Assembly (NCBI GenBank): GCA_963702425.1
Contig: CAVPCQ010000037.1
Coordinates: forward strand, 341,495 to 405,494
Direction: 5' to 3'
DNA: 64,000 nucleotides
Source: an uncultured Acidobacteriota bacterium
GTDB lineage: Bacteria > Acidobacteriota > Polarisedimenticolia > J045
Each line of letters opens with the position of its first letter. Within the stretch, counting starts at the first letter, position 1. Under the pieces are notes generated by a model. The model searched no databases. It was not told the DNA's origin and saw only the letters and a program-made list of their open reading frames with translations. Positions 54,727 through 64,000 of the stretch are shown here, piece after piece. A program made the position numbers and the translations under genes.

Positions 54727-54971
54727 CCGTCCAACGCAAGGCGCGCGGCCGCCGTTTTCTGTTCAAGCGCCGGAAGTACTGCAAGTTCTGCGAGTCGAAG
54801 GTCGACGTGATCGACTACAAGGACCTGCGCACGCTCCAGAACTACATCCCCGAGCGTGCCAAGATCCTGCCCCGTCGCGTCTCGGGCACTTGTGCCAAGC
54901 ACCAGCGCCAGCTCGGCCTCGCAATCAAGCGTGCCCGGCACCTGGCGCTCCTCCCGTACGTCGCGGACTGA
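54723..54971 (+). CDS. rpsR: 30S ribosomal protein S18 (Zn-binding form)
   Basis: [33 protein letters not shown]. Confidence 0.97.
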   Translation: MTVQRKARGRRFLFKRRKYCKFCESKVDVIDYKDLRTLQNYIPERAKILPRRVSGTCAKHQRQLGLAIKRARHLALLPYVAD

Positions 54972-54986
54972 GCGGAGGAGACGGCG

Positions 54987-55451
54987 ATGCAGATCATCCT
55001 TCGCGAAGACGTGCCCCATCTCGGCCGCCGTGGCGACGTCGTCAAGGTCGCCGACGGTTACGCCCGCAACTTCCTGCTCCCGAAGCGGATGGCCTACCTG
55101 GTGACCCCGGGGATCAAGAAGCAGATCGACTCCGAGGGCCGCGCCAGGACCGCGCGTGACGCCCGCGAGCGGCGCGACGCCGATGCGCTGGCCCAGCGGC
55201 TGCGCGGTCTGCAGCTGGTGCGGCTGTTCCGCAAGACCGGCGAGACCGGCGTGTTCTACGGCTCGGTCACGGCGGCCGACATTGCTGCAGCACTCGAGTC
55301 CCAGGGCTTCACGGTCGACAAGCGCAACGTCCGGCTCGACGATCCGATCAAGAAGCCGGGAACCTACCGCGTGCCGGTCCACGTCTACCGCGACGTCAAC
55401 GTCGAGTTGATCGTGGAGGTCGAGCCGGAGGACGCCGCGGCGACGTCGTGA
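54987..55451 (+). CDS. rplI: 50S ribosomal protein L9
   Basis: MQIILREDV, LGRRGDVVKVADGYARNFLLP, FYGSVT. Confidence 0.97.
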   Translation: MQIILREDVPHLGRRGDVVKVADGYARNFLLPKRMAYLVTPGIKKQIDSEGRARTARDARERRDADALAQRLRGLQLVRLFRKTGETGVFYGSVTAADIAAALESQGFTVDKRNVRLDDPIKKPGTYRVPVHVYRDVNVELIVEVEPEDAAATS

Positions 55452-55969
55452 GCACACCCGTCAAGGGCCAGGCTGGAAAGCGCGAGCCGGTCGGCGGGAA
55501 AGCCCGCGTCCGGCTCGGCTCCTCCCAGATCGGACGCGGCCTCGCGGCGGCGGCGGCCGGCTGGCTCGTGCCCGGCCTCGGCCACTGGGTGGTCGGGGCC
55601 CGCCGCAAGGCGCTCATCTTCTTCGCGATCGTCACGGCTACGATCACGACCGGCTTCGCTCTGGGCGGGAACCTGTCGGTCGTCGATCCGCGGACCCCGG
55701 TCATCTCGCGGCTGCAGGTCGCCACGAATCTCGCGATCGGGCCGATCGAGCCGGCGATGCGGATGGCTCTCTACGGCGCGCTCGCCTACCGCGGAGACGA
55801 GGCCTTCGTGCCCGGCCCGCAGCGCCAGGCGCTCGAGCGGCGCCGCGCGCGCTCCTTCTCCACCTGGAGCGCGTTCGGCACGACCTACCTGCTCTCCGCG
55901 GGCCTGCTGAACATCCTGCTCCTGCTCGACGCCTGGGACATCGCGATCGGGCGCAAGTCGAAGGACTGA
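55448..55969 (+). CDS. DUF6677-like membrane protein
   Basis: WLVPGLGH N-terminal motif and AGLLNILLLLDAWDIA C-terminal motif. Confidence 0.7.
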   Translation: MSTPVKGQAGKREPVGGKARVRLGSSQIGRGLAAAAAGWLVPGLGHWVVGARRKALIFFAIVTATITTGFALGGNLSVVDPRTPVISRLQVATNLAIGPIEPAMRMALYGALAYRGDEAFVPGPQRQALERRRARSFSTWSAFGTTYLLSAGLLNILLLLDAWDIAIGRKSKD

Positions 55970-55983
55970 GGATCGAGGCCGCC

Positions 55984-56148
55984 GTGCTGCTGCTGCTCAA
56001 CCTCGTCTGGTTTTCCACGCTGGTGAGCGTCTTTTTCGCGACGCTCGCCGGGCAGAAGGGACGCCGTCTCAAGATGGGGTTCGTCATCTGGGGCGCGATG
56101 GTGCTCGGCAGCATCGTCCTCGCGCTCCTGATGGCCCCGATCAGCTGA
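55984..56148 (+). CDS. Small two-TM protein (54 aa)
   Basis: MLLLLNLVWFSTLVSVFFATLAGQKGRRLKMGFVIWGAMVLGSIVLALLMAPIS; fills the operon gap; not in the ORF track. Confidence 0.7.
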   Translation: MLLLLNLVWFSTLVSVFFATLAGQKGRRLKMGFVIWGAMVLGSIVLALLMAPIS

Positions 56149-56156
56149 GGCGCGAC

Positions 56157-56555
56157 ATGGCCGGCGACATCTCGGCGCCCACAGTGCCCCGCCCGGGCGC
56201 CTCGCCGCGCTGGCGCCTCGCCGCCCCGCTGGCGCTGATGGCAGCGATCGCGCTCGCCTCGCACGCGCCGCTGCCGGTCCACCTTCCGGGCTCCAGCGAC
56301 AAGCTGCTCCACGCGGCCGTCTTCGGGCTCCTGGCGGTGCTCTGGTACTGGGCGCGGCGCGACTCGGACGGGGCCGGCCGCGCGGCGGCGACCGCCGTCG
56401 GGCTGGCCGTCTTCTGGGGTGCACTCGACGAAGCCCACCAGTCGTTCGTGCCCGGGCGGACCGCGGACCTGCTCGATCTGCTGGCCGACGCCGCCGGCTC
56501 CGCCCTGGCCGCGCTCGCCTGCCTCGCGGTTGCGCGCGCGCGCCGCCGCGGCTGA
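56157..56555 (+). CDS. VanZ family membrane protein
   Basis: DKLLHAAVFGLL, LDEAHQSFVPGR, DLLADAAG. Confidence 0.88.
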   Translation: MAGDISAPTVPRPGASPRWRLAAPLALMAAIALASHAPLPVHLPGSSDKLLHAAVFGLLAVLWYWARRDSDGAGRAAATAVGLAVFWGALDEAHQSFVPGRTADLLDLLADAAGSALAALACLAVARARRRG

Positions 56556-56566
56556 GGCGACCGGCG

Positions 56567-57961
56567 ATGCGGAACGTGATCGTGACGCAGAGCGTTTCCC
56601 ACGCGACGCTGCTGATGCAGGCGATGGGGACCCCGCCTGCCGACCTGCTGTTCGTGGTCGAGTCGATCGAGCTCGAGCGCTACCTCAAGCGCAAGGGGTA
56701 CAGCGCGATCCGCGGATCGCTGCGCGCCCGCGAGGTCTACCGCCAGGTCCTGCCCGCGCAGCTGCTGGTGATCTCGTTGCGCGACGTGCGGCGCCTGCGC
56801 GGCGTGCTCGAGGCGGTCGACCGCGAGCGCGGCGACACCCCGGTGCTGGTCCTGTCGGTCCCGCCGCTCGAGACGCTCCCGATCGACCCCGCGGCCTACC
56901 CGTGGGCGCTCTTCGTCCCCGTGGCGTCCCAGTTCCAGGGGGCGGTCAAGACCGACATGCGGCTCGCCCGGGCCCGGGTCCGGGTGCGGCGCCTACGCGA
57001 GGTCGTGGGGGACAACACCCGTGCCCTGATCCTGCTGCAGGACGATCCCGATCCGGACGGGATCGCGTCCGGGCTGGCGCTCCGCACGCTGCTCGGGCGC
57101 AACCGGAACACGATGCCGATGGCCTCGTTCGGCAAGGTGGCGCGGCCCGAAAACATCGCGATGCTCGGCGTGCTCGACATCCAGGTCCGGGAGATCCGGC
57201 CCGAGGACCTCGCGCTGTGGGACCGCGTCGTGATGGTCGACGTCCAGCCGCCGCACCTGCGCCGGCCACTCCCGCGGGTCGACGCGGTGATCGACCACCA
57301 CCCGGCGCAGACCTCGTACGACGCCCGCTACATCGACGTCCGGAACCACTACGGCGCCACGGCCACGATCCTGCTCGAGTACCTGAGGGCGGAAGGGATC
57401 AAGGTCAACGAGCGGCTGGCGACGGCGATGCTGTACGCGATCCGGACCGATACACTGCTGCTCGACCGGCCGGTGACCGACGCCGACGTCGAGGCCTTCA
57501 CCTACCTCTACGCGCGCGCCAACATCAACTGGATCCGGAAGATCGAGCGGCCCGCCCTGCCCCGCGAGACGCTCGTCTCGTTCGCCGCAGGGCTGCAGGG
57601 CGCGCGGATCGAGGATAAGGTCCTGTTCAGCCACCTCGGCCCGGTCAGCCGCGAGGACATCGTCCCGCAGCTCGCCGACTTCTGTCTTCAGGTCGAAGGG
57701 GCCGACTGGTCGGCCGTCTCGGGCTTGTTCGAGGGCGAGCTGATCATCTCGGTCCGCAACGTGGGCTACGTGCAGAAAGCCGGGACCGCGGTCAAGGCGG
57801 CCTTCGCCGAGTTCGGCTCGGCGGGCGGTCACCGTTCGATGGCCAAGGCGGTCCTGCCCCTGGCGCGGCTGCCGCTCCCGCCCGGCCCCGAGCTGTACCG
57901 GATGCTCGAGGACCGGTTGCTCGGCGTGCTGCGCGGCGCCTCGCCCGTCGCGTCCGGCTGA
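56567..57961 (+). CDS. DHH/DHHA1 phosphoesterase with extra N-terminal domain
   Basis: DPDPDGIAS, MVD, IDHH, RTDT, ISVR, AGGH motifs; ~150-aa alpha/beta N-terminal extension. Confidence 0.88.
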   Translation: MRNVIVTQSVSHATLLMQAMGTPPADLLFVVESIELERYLKRKGYSAIRGSLRAREVYRQVLPAQLLVISLRDVRRLRGVLEAVDRERGDTPVLVLSVPPLETLPIDPAAYPWALFVPVASQFQGAVKTDMRLARARVRVRRLREVVGDNTRALILLQDDPDPDGIASGLALRTLLGRNRNTMPMASFGKVARPENIAMLGVLDIQVREIRPEDLALWDRVVMVDVQPPHLRRPLPRVDAVIDHHPAQTSYDARYIDVRNHYGATATILLEYLRAEGIKVNERLATAMLYAIRTDTLLLDRPVTDADVEAFTYLYARANINWIRKIERPALPRETLVSFAAGLQGARIEDKVLFSHLGPVSREDIVPQLADFCLQVEGADWSAVSGLFEGELIISVRNVGYVQKAGTAVKAAFAEFGSAGGHRSMAKAVLPLARLPLPPGPELYRMLEDRLLGVLRGASPVASG

Positions 57962-57969
57962 TCCGGCGC

Positions 57970-59229
57970 CTATCTCCCCGGGGTCCGGCTGACGACCTTG
58001 AGCGCGTAGCCGCGCAGGACGGCCGTCCTGGACGGTGACCGGCTGGTCGCGGCGACGAGGAGGTCCCCGGCGATTGCCGGAGCGGCGACGAACTGCTGCT
58101 CCTCGCCGGCGTCGATGCGACCCGCCGGCCGCCCCTCGACCAGGTCGAAGAAGAGCACGCTCGGCGCCGTCGCAGGCTGCAGCACGGTGAAGACCCGCCA
58201 GCGCAACGGGGTCGTCGTCAGCCGGTGCCCCGCGCGGGCCCGCCAGACGAGGTGGCCGCTCTGCATTTCGAAGGCGTAGAGGAAGGTATCCCAGCAGGGC
58301 ACGAGGACGAGCGGCGCCGCGACCAGCGGCGCGGCCGAGACCTTGCCGCCCAGGTCCTGCTCCCAGTCGAGCCCGAAGCGCATCGTGCCGCGGCGCAGTG
58401 GACGGACCCGCCAGGCTGCGACGCCCCGCTCGCGGGCTGCAATCGCGACTCGATCCGTGGCGCAGATCGTCGCCGGATCGAGGTGGCTCGGCGCGTTCCG
58501 GCGCGGCAGCGCGCCGATGCGCGCGGCGCGGCGCTCTGCGCCGAGCACGGCGATCACCTCGCCCGCGACGCGCACCAGGGGCGGCGTGATCTCCTGCTGC
58601 ATCTCGACCGTCCCGATCCGCGCGGCCGCGCCGTCGAAGATGGCGATCCGGCCCCGCGGCAGCGGGACGTACCAGCGCGGCCCGTCGCCTTCCCGTGGGG
58701 GCATCGTGAGCGGTGAGCCGACCGGCGGCTCTTCCAGTGCGGTCGAGGCGAGCGTGGCGCCGTTCGCGGGCGAGAGCAGCGCAAAGCGCGCCGTACCGTC
58801 GCCGTCCATGCCGGCCCACGCGATCGGAGCGGTCGCCGGGGCGCCGGGCAGTGGCTCGGCCTCGAGTCCGCTGCCGGCGAGCCCTTCTCGGCGCCAGGCC
58901 CGCGAGCCATCCGCGGCGCGCCGCGCCTCGAGTGCGTCGCCAACCGGGACGAGGAACAGGGCCGCAGGCTCGCTGCCGGCCGTGCCGTCGCGGTCGGCCG
59001 CCGGGAGCGCCCGCACGGCCCCGGTTGTCATCCCGTCGAGTTCAACGCGCCACGCCTCGGAGGCTTCCACGGTCGGGGCGGAGACGGGGCCGGCCGCCGC
59101 CGCCGGCCGGGGGGGCGGCGGATCGGTCGCTTCGGAGGCGCCGGCCGCGCGGCCCGCGAGGACCGCGGCGGCGGCGGCCAGAGCCAGGGCGAGGGCGACG
59201 GCGCGGGGGAGCGGGACGGACGCGAACAT
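57970..59229 (-). CDS. Exported PQQ-like/BamB-like beta-propeller protein
   Basis: Signal peptide; repeats such as DGSRAWR and LYAFEMQSGHLVWR. Confidence 0.72.
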   Translation of the reverse strand: MFASVPLPRAVALALALAAAAAVLAGRAAGASEATDPPPPRPAAAAGPVSAPTVEASEAWRVELDGMTTGAVRALPAADRDGTAGSEPAALFLVPVGDALEARRAADGSRAWRREGLAGSGLEAEPLPGAPATAPIAWAGMDGDGTARFALLSPANGATLASTALEEPPVGSPLTMPPREGDGPRWYVPLPRGRIAIFDGAAARIGTVEMQQEITPPLVRVAGEVIAVLGAERRAARIGALPRRNAPSHLDPATICATDRVAIAARERGVAAWRVRPLRRGTMRFGLDWEQDLGGKVSAAPLVAAPLVLVPCWDTFLYAFEMQSGHLVWRARAGHRLTTTPLRWRVFTVLQPATAPSVLFFDLVEGRPAGRIDAGEEQQFVAAPAIAGDLLVAATSRSPSRTAVLRGYALKVVSRTPGR

Positions 59230-59388
59230 CGGCGAAGGTTAACCCGGATCATCGGCGGAGGGCCGGCGGCAGCGGCCCGCTCGGCTGACCGGGCGCAGCG
59301 CCCGGCCCGGTGTGCGAAGCCCGGTGGCGGGCGTGCTCGCGGTGGTGCCGTAGAATGCAGGGCTCGCGCGCCCTGCCGGAGGATCGTC

Positions 59389-60663
59389 GTGCCCGCCCGC
59401 TATCAGACGCTTCGCGGCTTTCGTGACCTTCTGCCCGGCGAGACCGAGCACTGGCAGCGCTTCGAGGCCGGTGCGCGAGACCTGTTCCGGCGCTACGCCT
59501 TCCGCGAGATCCGCCCTCCGCACCTCGAGGCGACCGAGTTGTTCGTGCGGTCGGTCGGTGAGGCGACCGACATCGTGGGCAAGGAGATGTTCACGATGGA
59601 CGCCGGCGAGGGCGAGACGGTCACGCTCCGCCCCGAAATCACGGCGTCGGTCTGCCGGGCCTACGTCCAGCACGCGCTCGACCGCGCCGGCCTCTCGCGC
59701 TTCTTCTACATCGGGCCGGCCTTCCGGAAGGAGCGGCCGCAGAAGGGCCGTCTCCGGCAGTTCCACCAGGCGGGGGTCGAAGTGCTGGGCGAGGCCTCGC
59801 CGGAGACCGATGTCGAGGTGATCGCGGTCGGTGTCGACCTGGTGACGCTGGCGGAGGTGAAGGAGTGGCGGCTGCTGCTCAACAGCATCGGCGACCCGGC
59901 CTGTCGGCCGGCCTACCGGGCGGCGCTCGTCGCCTTTCTCGAGGCGCAACGCGAGCTGCTCTGCGGCGAGTGCCGGGACCGGATCGAGCGCAACCCACTG
60001 CGCGTGCTCGACTGCAAGAAGGAGCCCTGCCAGGCCGCGACGGCCGCGGCGCCGTCGACGGTCGACCACCTGTGCGACGCCTGCCGCATGCACTTCGCCG
60101 GCGTGCGGCGCGGGCTCGACCGGCTCGAGATTCCCTACGAGCTGACGCCGCGCCTGGTGCGCGGCCTCGACTACTACGTGCGGACGACGTTCGAGATCCA
60201 GGCCGGCGGCCTCGGCTCGCAGAACGCCGTGCTGGGGGGCGGCCGCTACGACCAGCTGGTCGCAGAGCTGGGCGGCAGTGACGCGCCGGGGATCGGCTGG
60301 GCGGCCGGGATCGAGCGGCTGCTGATCGCCGCCGGCAAGGATGGCGTCGAGGCCCCGGCCGCGCTCGACGCGTTCATCGTGACGCTCGGCGAGCGCGCGC
60401 GCGAATGCGCGCTGCCGCTGGTCCAGGCGCTGCGCGCCCGGGGCCTGGCGGTGAGCTGGGACGCGGCGGGCCGCGGCCTCGGCGGGCAGATGAAGCGTGC
60501 CGGGCGGTCCGGCGCGCGATTCGCGGTGCTCGTCGGCGACGACGAGCTCGATCGCGGGCGGGCGACGCTGAAGAACCTGGCGAGCGGCGAGCAGGGGGAG
60601 GGGCCGCTCGACCCGGACGAGTTGGTGCGCTTCGTGCGCCAGAAGACGGAGACGACGCAATGA
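59389..60663 (+). CDS. hisS: Histidine--tRNA ligase
   Basis: RGFRD, KEMF, LRPEIT, FRKERPQKGR, LVRGLDYY, GGGRYD, GIERL. Confidence 0.97.
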   Translation: MPARYQTLRGFRDLLPGETEHWQRFEAGARDLFRRYAFREIRPPHLEATELFVRSVGEATDIVGKEMFTMDAGEGETVTLRPEITASVCRAYVQHALDRAGLSRFFYIGPAFRKERPQKGRLRQFHQAGVEVLGEASPETDVEVIAVGVDLVTLAEVKEWRLLLNSIGDPACRPAYRAALVAFLEAQRELLCGECRDRIERNPLRVLDCKKEPCQAATAAAPSTVDHLCDACRMHFAGVRRGLDRLEIPYELTPRLVRGLDYYVRTTFEIQAGGLGSQNAVLGGGRYDQLVAELGGSDAPGIGWAAGIERLLIAAGKDGVEAPAALDAFIVTLGERARECALPLVQALRARGLAVSWDAAGRGLGGQMKRAGRSGARFAVLVGDDELDRGRATLKNLASGEQGEGPLDPDELVRFVRQKTETTQ

Positions 60664-62420
60664 ACGGCGAGGAGCGGGTGCGGACCTGGTGCGGGAGCCT
60701 GCGCCCGGAGCACGAGGGGCGGACGGTCCGGCTCAACGGCTGGATGCACCGGCGGCGCGACTTCGGCGGCCTCGTCTTCATCGACGTGCGCGACCGGAGC
60801 GGGATCGTGCAGGTCGTCTTCGACCCCGCGTCGGGTGCGCTGCACGAGCGGGCCGGATCGCTGCGACCCGAGACCTGCATGGAGATCGAGGGGGTCGTCG
60901 TCCCGCGCTCGGCCGAGAACCTCAACCCGCGGATGGTGACCGGCGGGGTCGAGGTCCGGGCGAGCGGCCTGACGGTGCTCTCCGAGTCGGACGATCTGCC
61001 GGTGCAGCCGGCGGGGGTCCAGGTCCCGAGCGAGGAGTCGCGGCTGACCTGGCGCTATCTCGACATCCGGCGCGAGGGGATGAAGGACGCGCTGGGCTTC
61101 CGCTCCGAGCTGACGCGCGCGATCCGGGAGGTCCTGCACGGCGAGGGGTTCTGGGAGGTGGAAACGCCGATCCTGACCAAGTCGACGCCGGAGGGGGCCC
61201 GCGACTACCTCGTCCCGTCGCGGATCCACGCCGGACAGTTCTACGCGCTGCCGCAGAGCCCGCAGCTCTTCAAGCAGCTCCTGATGATCGGCGGGATCGA
61301 GCGCTACTACCAGATCGCGCGCTGCTTCCGCGACGAGGACCTGCGCGCCGACCGGCAGCCCGAGTTCACGCAGGTCGACATCGAGATGGCGTTCGTCGAC
61401 CAGGGCGATGTGATCGCGGTGGTGGAGCGGATCTTCGACCGCGCGGCCGAACTGGCCGGCTGGAGCGCGCGCTCGCCGTTCCCGCGGATGACCTGGAACG
61501 ACGCGATGGACCGCTACGGCGTCGACCGCCCCGACCTGCGCTTCGGGATGGAGATCCGGGACGTCACGGCCGCGGCCGGGGCGTCGGCGTTCACCGTATT
61601 CCAGCGCGCGGTCGGCGAGGGGGGCGTCGTGCGCGGTTTCGCCGTGCCGGGCGGCGCGGCCTGGGCGCGCAAGAAGCTGGACGGCGCGGAGGCGCGCGCG
61701 AAGGAGCTGGGCGCGGCGGGACTGGTCTGGCTGAAGCGCGGCCCGGAGGGGATCACGGGGCCGGCGGTCAAGGGGCTCGGCCCGGACGGCGCAACGGCGC
61801 TCGCCGCGGCAGTCGGGGCCGGAGCAGGGGACCTGGCGCTGCTCGTCGCGGGGCCGCGGCCGATGGTGCGCGCGGTGCTGGGGCAGTTGAGGCTGGAGGT
61901 CGCGAAGGACGAAGCGCTCATCCCTCAGGATCATCACGCGCTGACCTGGGTCGTCGACTTTCCGCTGGTCGAATGGGACCAGGACACCGAGCGCTGGTTC
62001 GCGATGCACCATCCCTTCACCTCGCCGCGGGTGGAGGATCTCGAGCGGTTGGAGAGCGACCCGGGGAGCGTCCTGGCACGGGCCTATGACATCGTGCTCG
62101 ACGGGACCGAGATCGGCGGCGGGTCGATCCGGATCCACCGCCCCGACGTGCAGTCGCGGATCTTCAAGCTGCTCGGGATGGACGAGGCGGAGGCGAAGCG
62201 ACGCTTCGGCTTCCTGCTCGACGCGCTGCGCTACGGCGCGCCGCCGCACGGCGGGCTGGCGCTGGGGCTCGACCGGATGGTGGCGCTGTTCCTGGGCCGC
62301 GAGTCGATCCGCGACGTGATCGCCTTCCCGAAGACGACTTCAGCCTCGTGCCTGCTGACCGACGCGCCGTCGACGGTGGACGCCCAGCAGCTGAGGGAGC
62401 TGCACCTGCGGGTGGAGTGA
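60660..62420 (+). CDS. aspS: Aspartate--tRNA ligase
   Basis: RRRDFGG, TPEGARDYLVPSR, YALPQSPQLFKQ, FRDEDLRADRQPEF, HHPFT, PPHGG, IAFPK. Confidence 0.97.
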   Translation: MNGEERVRTWCGSLRPEHEGRTVRLNGWMHRRRDFGGLVFIDVRDRSGIVQVVFDPASGALHERAGSLRPETCMEIEGVVVPRSAENLNPRMVTGGVEVRASGLTVLSESDDLPVQPAGVQVPSEESRLTWRYLDIRREGMKDALGFRSELTRAIREVLHGEGFWEVETPILTKSTPEGARDYLVPSRIHAGQFYALPQSPQLFKQLLMIGGIERYYQIARCFRDEDLRADRQPEFTQVDIEMAFVDQGDVIAVVERIFDRAAELAGWSARSPFPRMTWNDAMDRYGVDRPDLRFGMEIRDVTAAAGASAFTVFQRAVGEGGVVRGFAVPGGAAWARKKLDGAEARAKELGAAGLVWLKRGPEGITGPAVKGLGPDGATALAAAVGAGAGDLALLVAGPRPMVRAVLGQLRLEVAKDEALIPQDHHALTWVVDFPLVEWDQDTERWFAMHHPFTSPRVEDLERLESDPGSVLARAYDIVLDGTEIGGGSIRIHRPDVQSRIFKLLGMDEAEAKRRFGFLLDALRYGAPPHGGLALGLDRMVALFLGRESIRDVIAFPKTTSASCLLTDAPSTVDAQQLRELHLRVE

Positions 62421-62457
62421 GGCGGACCCGCGCGGCGCCTGCTATCTTCGCCGGTCG

Positions 62458-64000
62458 ATGATTGCGCTCACCAACGTGACCAAGCAGTACGGGCGGCGCG
62501 TGCTGCTCGTCGACGCCTCGTTCCAGCTGAATCCGGGCGAGAAAGTCGGGCTCGTCGGTCCGAACGGGGCGGGCAAGACGACCATCTTCCGGATGATCGC
62601 GGGCGAGGAGGGGCCGGACCAGGGCGAGGTGGCCGTGCCGAAGCGGGTGACCGTCGGGTACCTCCGGCAGGACGTCGAGGCGATGGCGGGCCGCTCGGTG
62701 CTCGACGAGGCGATCGCCGGCAGCGGCCGGCTCGGCGACCTGCACCACGAGCTGGCCGGTCTCGAGCACGCCCTTTCGGACCCCGGCCGCGCCGGCGAGA
62801 TGGACGCGATCCTGACGCGGTTCGGCGAGGTCCAGGAGGAGTACCAGCAGCGCGGAGGCTACGAGCTGGAGGCCCGCGCGCGCGAGGTGCTGCACGGGCT
62901 CGGCTTCCGCGACGCGACGATCGACGGCGACGTCGGCGCCCTGTCGGGCGGCTGGAAGATGCGCGTCGCGATGGCGAAGGCGCTGCTCGGCGACCCCGAC
63001 GTCCTGCTGATGGACGAGCCGACGAACCACCTCGACATCGAGTCGATCCTCTGGCTCGAGAGGTTTCTGGCCCAGTCGCGCGCCGCGCTGCTGATGACCT
63101 GCCACGACCGCGACTTCATGAACCGCGTCGTCGACCGGATCGTCGAGATCGACGGCGGCGAGCTGGTCAGCTACAGCGGCAACTACGAGTTCTACTTCAA
63201 CGAGCGCGTCCTGCGCGAGGCACAGCGCGAGGCGGCCTACCAGCGCCAGCAGGCGAAGCTGGCCAAGGAGCAGCGCTTCATCGAGCGTTTCAGCGCCCAC
63301 GCGGCCAAGGCGGCCCAGGTCCAGAGCCGCGTCAAGATGATCGAGAAGATCGAGGTCATCGAGCCGCCCCGCCGGCGCAAGCTGGTCGACTTCGACTTTC
63401 GCACGCCGCCCCGCTCGGGCGACGAAGTCGTCGTCCTCTCGGGGATCGTCAAGTCGTACGGCGAGCACACGATCTACGACGGGCTGGACCTGACGCTGCG
63501 CCGCGGCGAGCGCTGGTGCGTGATGGGGCGCAACGGCGCCGGCAAGACGACGCTGCTCAAGCTCGTCGCCGGCGCCCTGGCACCCGACGCCGGGGAGATG
63601 CGGCTGGGGGCGGCGCTCGTGATGGGCTACTTCGCGCAGCAGTCGCTCGAGCTGCTCGATCCGCGCCTGACCGTGCTCGAACAGCTGCAGAAGGACTTCC
63701 CCGAGGCGTCGCAGGGCACGCTCAAGACGCTGCTCGGAGCGTTCCAGTTCCCGGGCGACGACGTCCTGAAGAAGATCTCCGTCCTCTCCGGCGGCGAGAA
63801 GTCGCGGCTCGTGATCGCCCGGATGCTCTTCGATCCGCCCAACTTCCTGGTGCTCGACGAGCCGACGAACCACCTCGACCTCGAGACCAAGGAGATGCTG
63901 ATCCGCGCGCTCGCGCGCTACGAGGGCACGATGCTGTTCGTCTCGCACGACCGCGAGTTCCTGCGCGGCCTCTCGAACCGCGTGCTCGAGCTGCACCCGG
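62458..64000 (+). CDS. ABC-F family ATPase (partial, runs off window end)
   Basis: ATG at 62458; two NBDs (GPNGAGKT, LSGGWKMR, DEPTNHLD; GRNGAGKT, LSGGEKSR, DEPTNHLD) with helical linker and no TM segments. Not in the ORF track. Confidence 0.93.
   Translation, partial: MIALTNVTKQYGRRVLLVDASFQLNPGEKVGLVGPNGAGKTTIFRMIAGEEGPDQGEVAVPKRVTVGYLRQDVEAMAGRSVLDEAIAGSGRLGDLHHELAGLEHALSDPGRAGEMDAILTRFGEVQEEYQQRGGYELEARAREVLHGLGFRDATIDGDVGALSGGWKMRVAMAKALLGDPDVLLMDEPTNHLDIESILWLERFLAQSRAALLMTCHDRDFMNRVVDRIVEIDGGELVSYSGNYEFYFNERVLREAQREAAYQRQQAKLAKEQRFIERFSAHAAKAAQVQSRVKMIEKIEVIEPPRRRKLVDFDFRTPPRSGDEVVVLSGIVKSYGEHTIYDGLDLTLRRGERWCVMGRNGAGKTTLLKLVAGALAPDAGEMRLGAALVMGYFAQQSLELLDPRLTVLEQLQKDFPEASQGTLKTLLGAFQFPGDDVLKKISVLSGGEKSRLVIARMLFDPPNFLVLDEPTNHLDLETKEMLIRALARYEGTMLFVSHDREFLRGLSNRVLELHP

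Noticed and set aside
60660-60960. Discriminating versus non-discriminating AspRS
   Set aside because: The diagnostic position reads RRRDFGG, neither the H nor the L form; it cannot be decided without an alignment and gatCAB/asnS inventory.
58-63996. Many long overlapping ORFs (e.g. 34005-37076, 34376-37654, 7049-9745, 62164-63996)
   Set aside because: Arg/Gly/Ala/Pro-rich shadow or antisense frames expected in very GC-rich DNA; a recognisable protein occupies another frame in each case.

Overview
Very GC-rich bacterial chromosome segment. The gene repertoire and order suggest a diderm such as Acidobacteriota (inference). From left to right: (1) envelope genes (SPOR protein, lepB, LOG family, TlpA lipoprotein), with a 168-bp CTAG-bounded inverted-repeat element inserted at the lepB stop codon; (2) a ~24 kb glycan locus (4.1-28.3 kb) with UDP-xylose synthase, five GT2s, four GT-C membrane transferases (one a TMTC-like TPR protein), a flippase, two sulfotransferases, PAPS synthesis (cysC, cysD, cysNC), a HAL2-type PAP phosphatase and an ArnC/WecE/WbqC/ArnT-like amino-sugar cassette, but no recognisable polymerase, ligase or sulfate-reduction gene; (3) a System I*-type cytochrome c maturation operon (CxxxY CcmE, no ccmG/H) with frameshifted ccmA and ccmF; (4) an orphan terminator/sRNA candidate, then greA, a UbiA-family prenyltransferase and a CX10CX2C radical SAM gene; (5) a group 3b [NiFe]-hydrogenase operon behind a consensus sigma-54 promoter, divergent from a PAS kinase/NtrC pair; (6) a degenerate S41 protease, a Ser/Thr kinase and housekeeping genes (TPR, LolB-position lipoprotein, ispE, spoVG, prs, rplY, pth, rpsF, rpsR, rplI, DHH phosphoesterase, hisS, aspS, ABC-F). 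I found no rRNA, tRNA, CRISPR array or transposase. All assignments come from reading motifs by eye; no searches were run.
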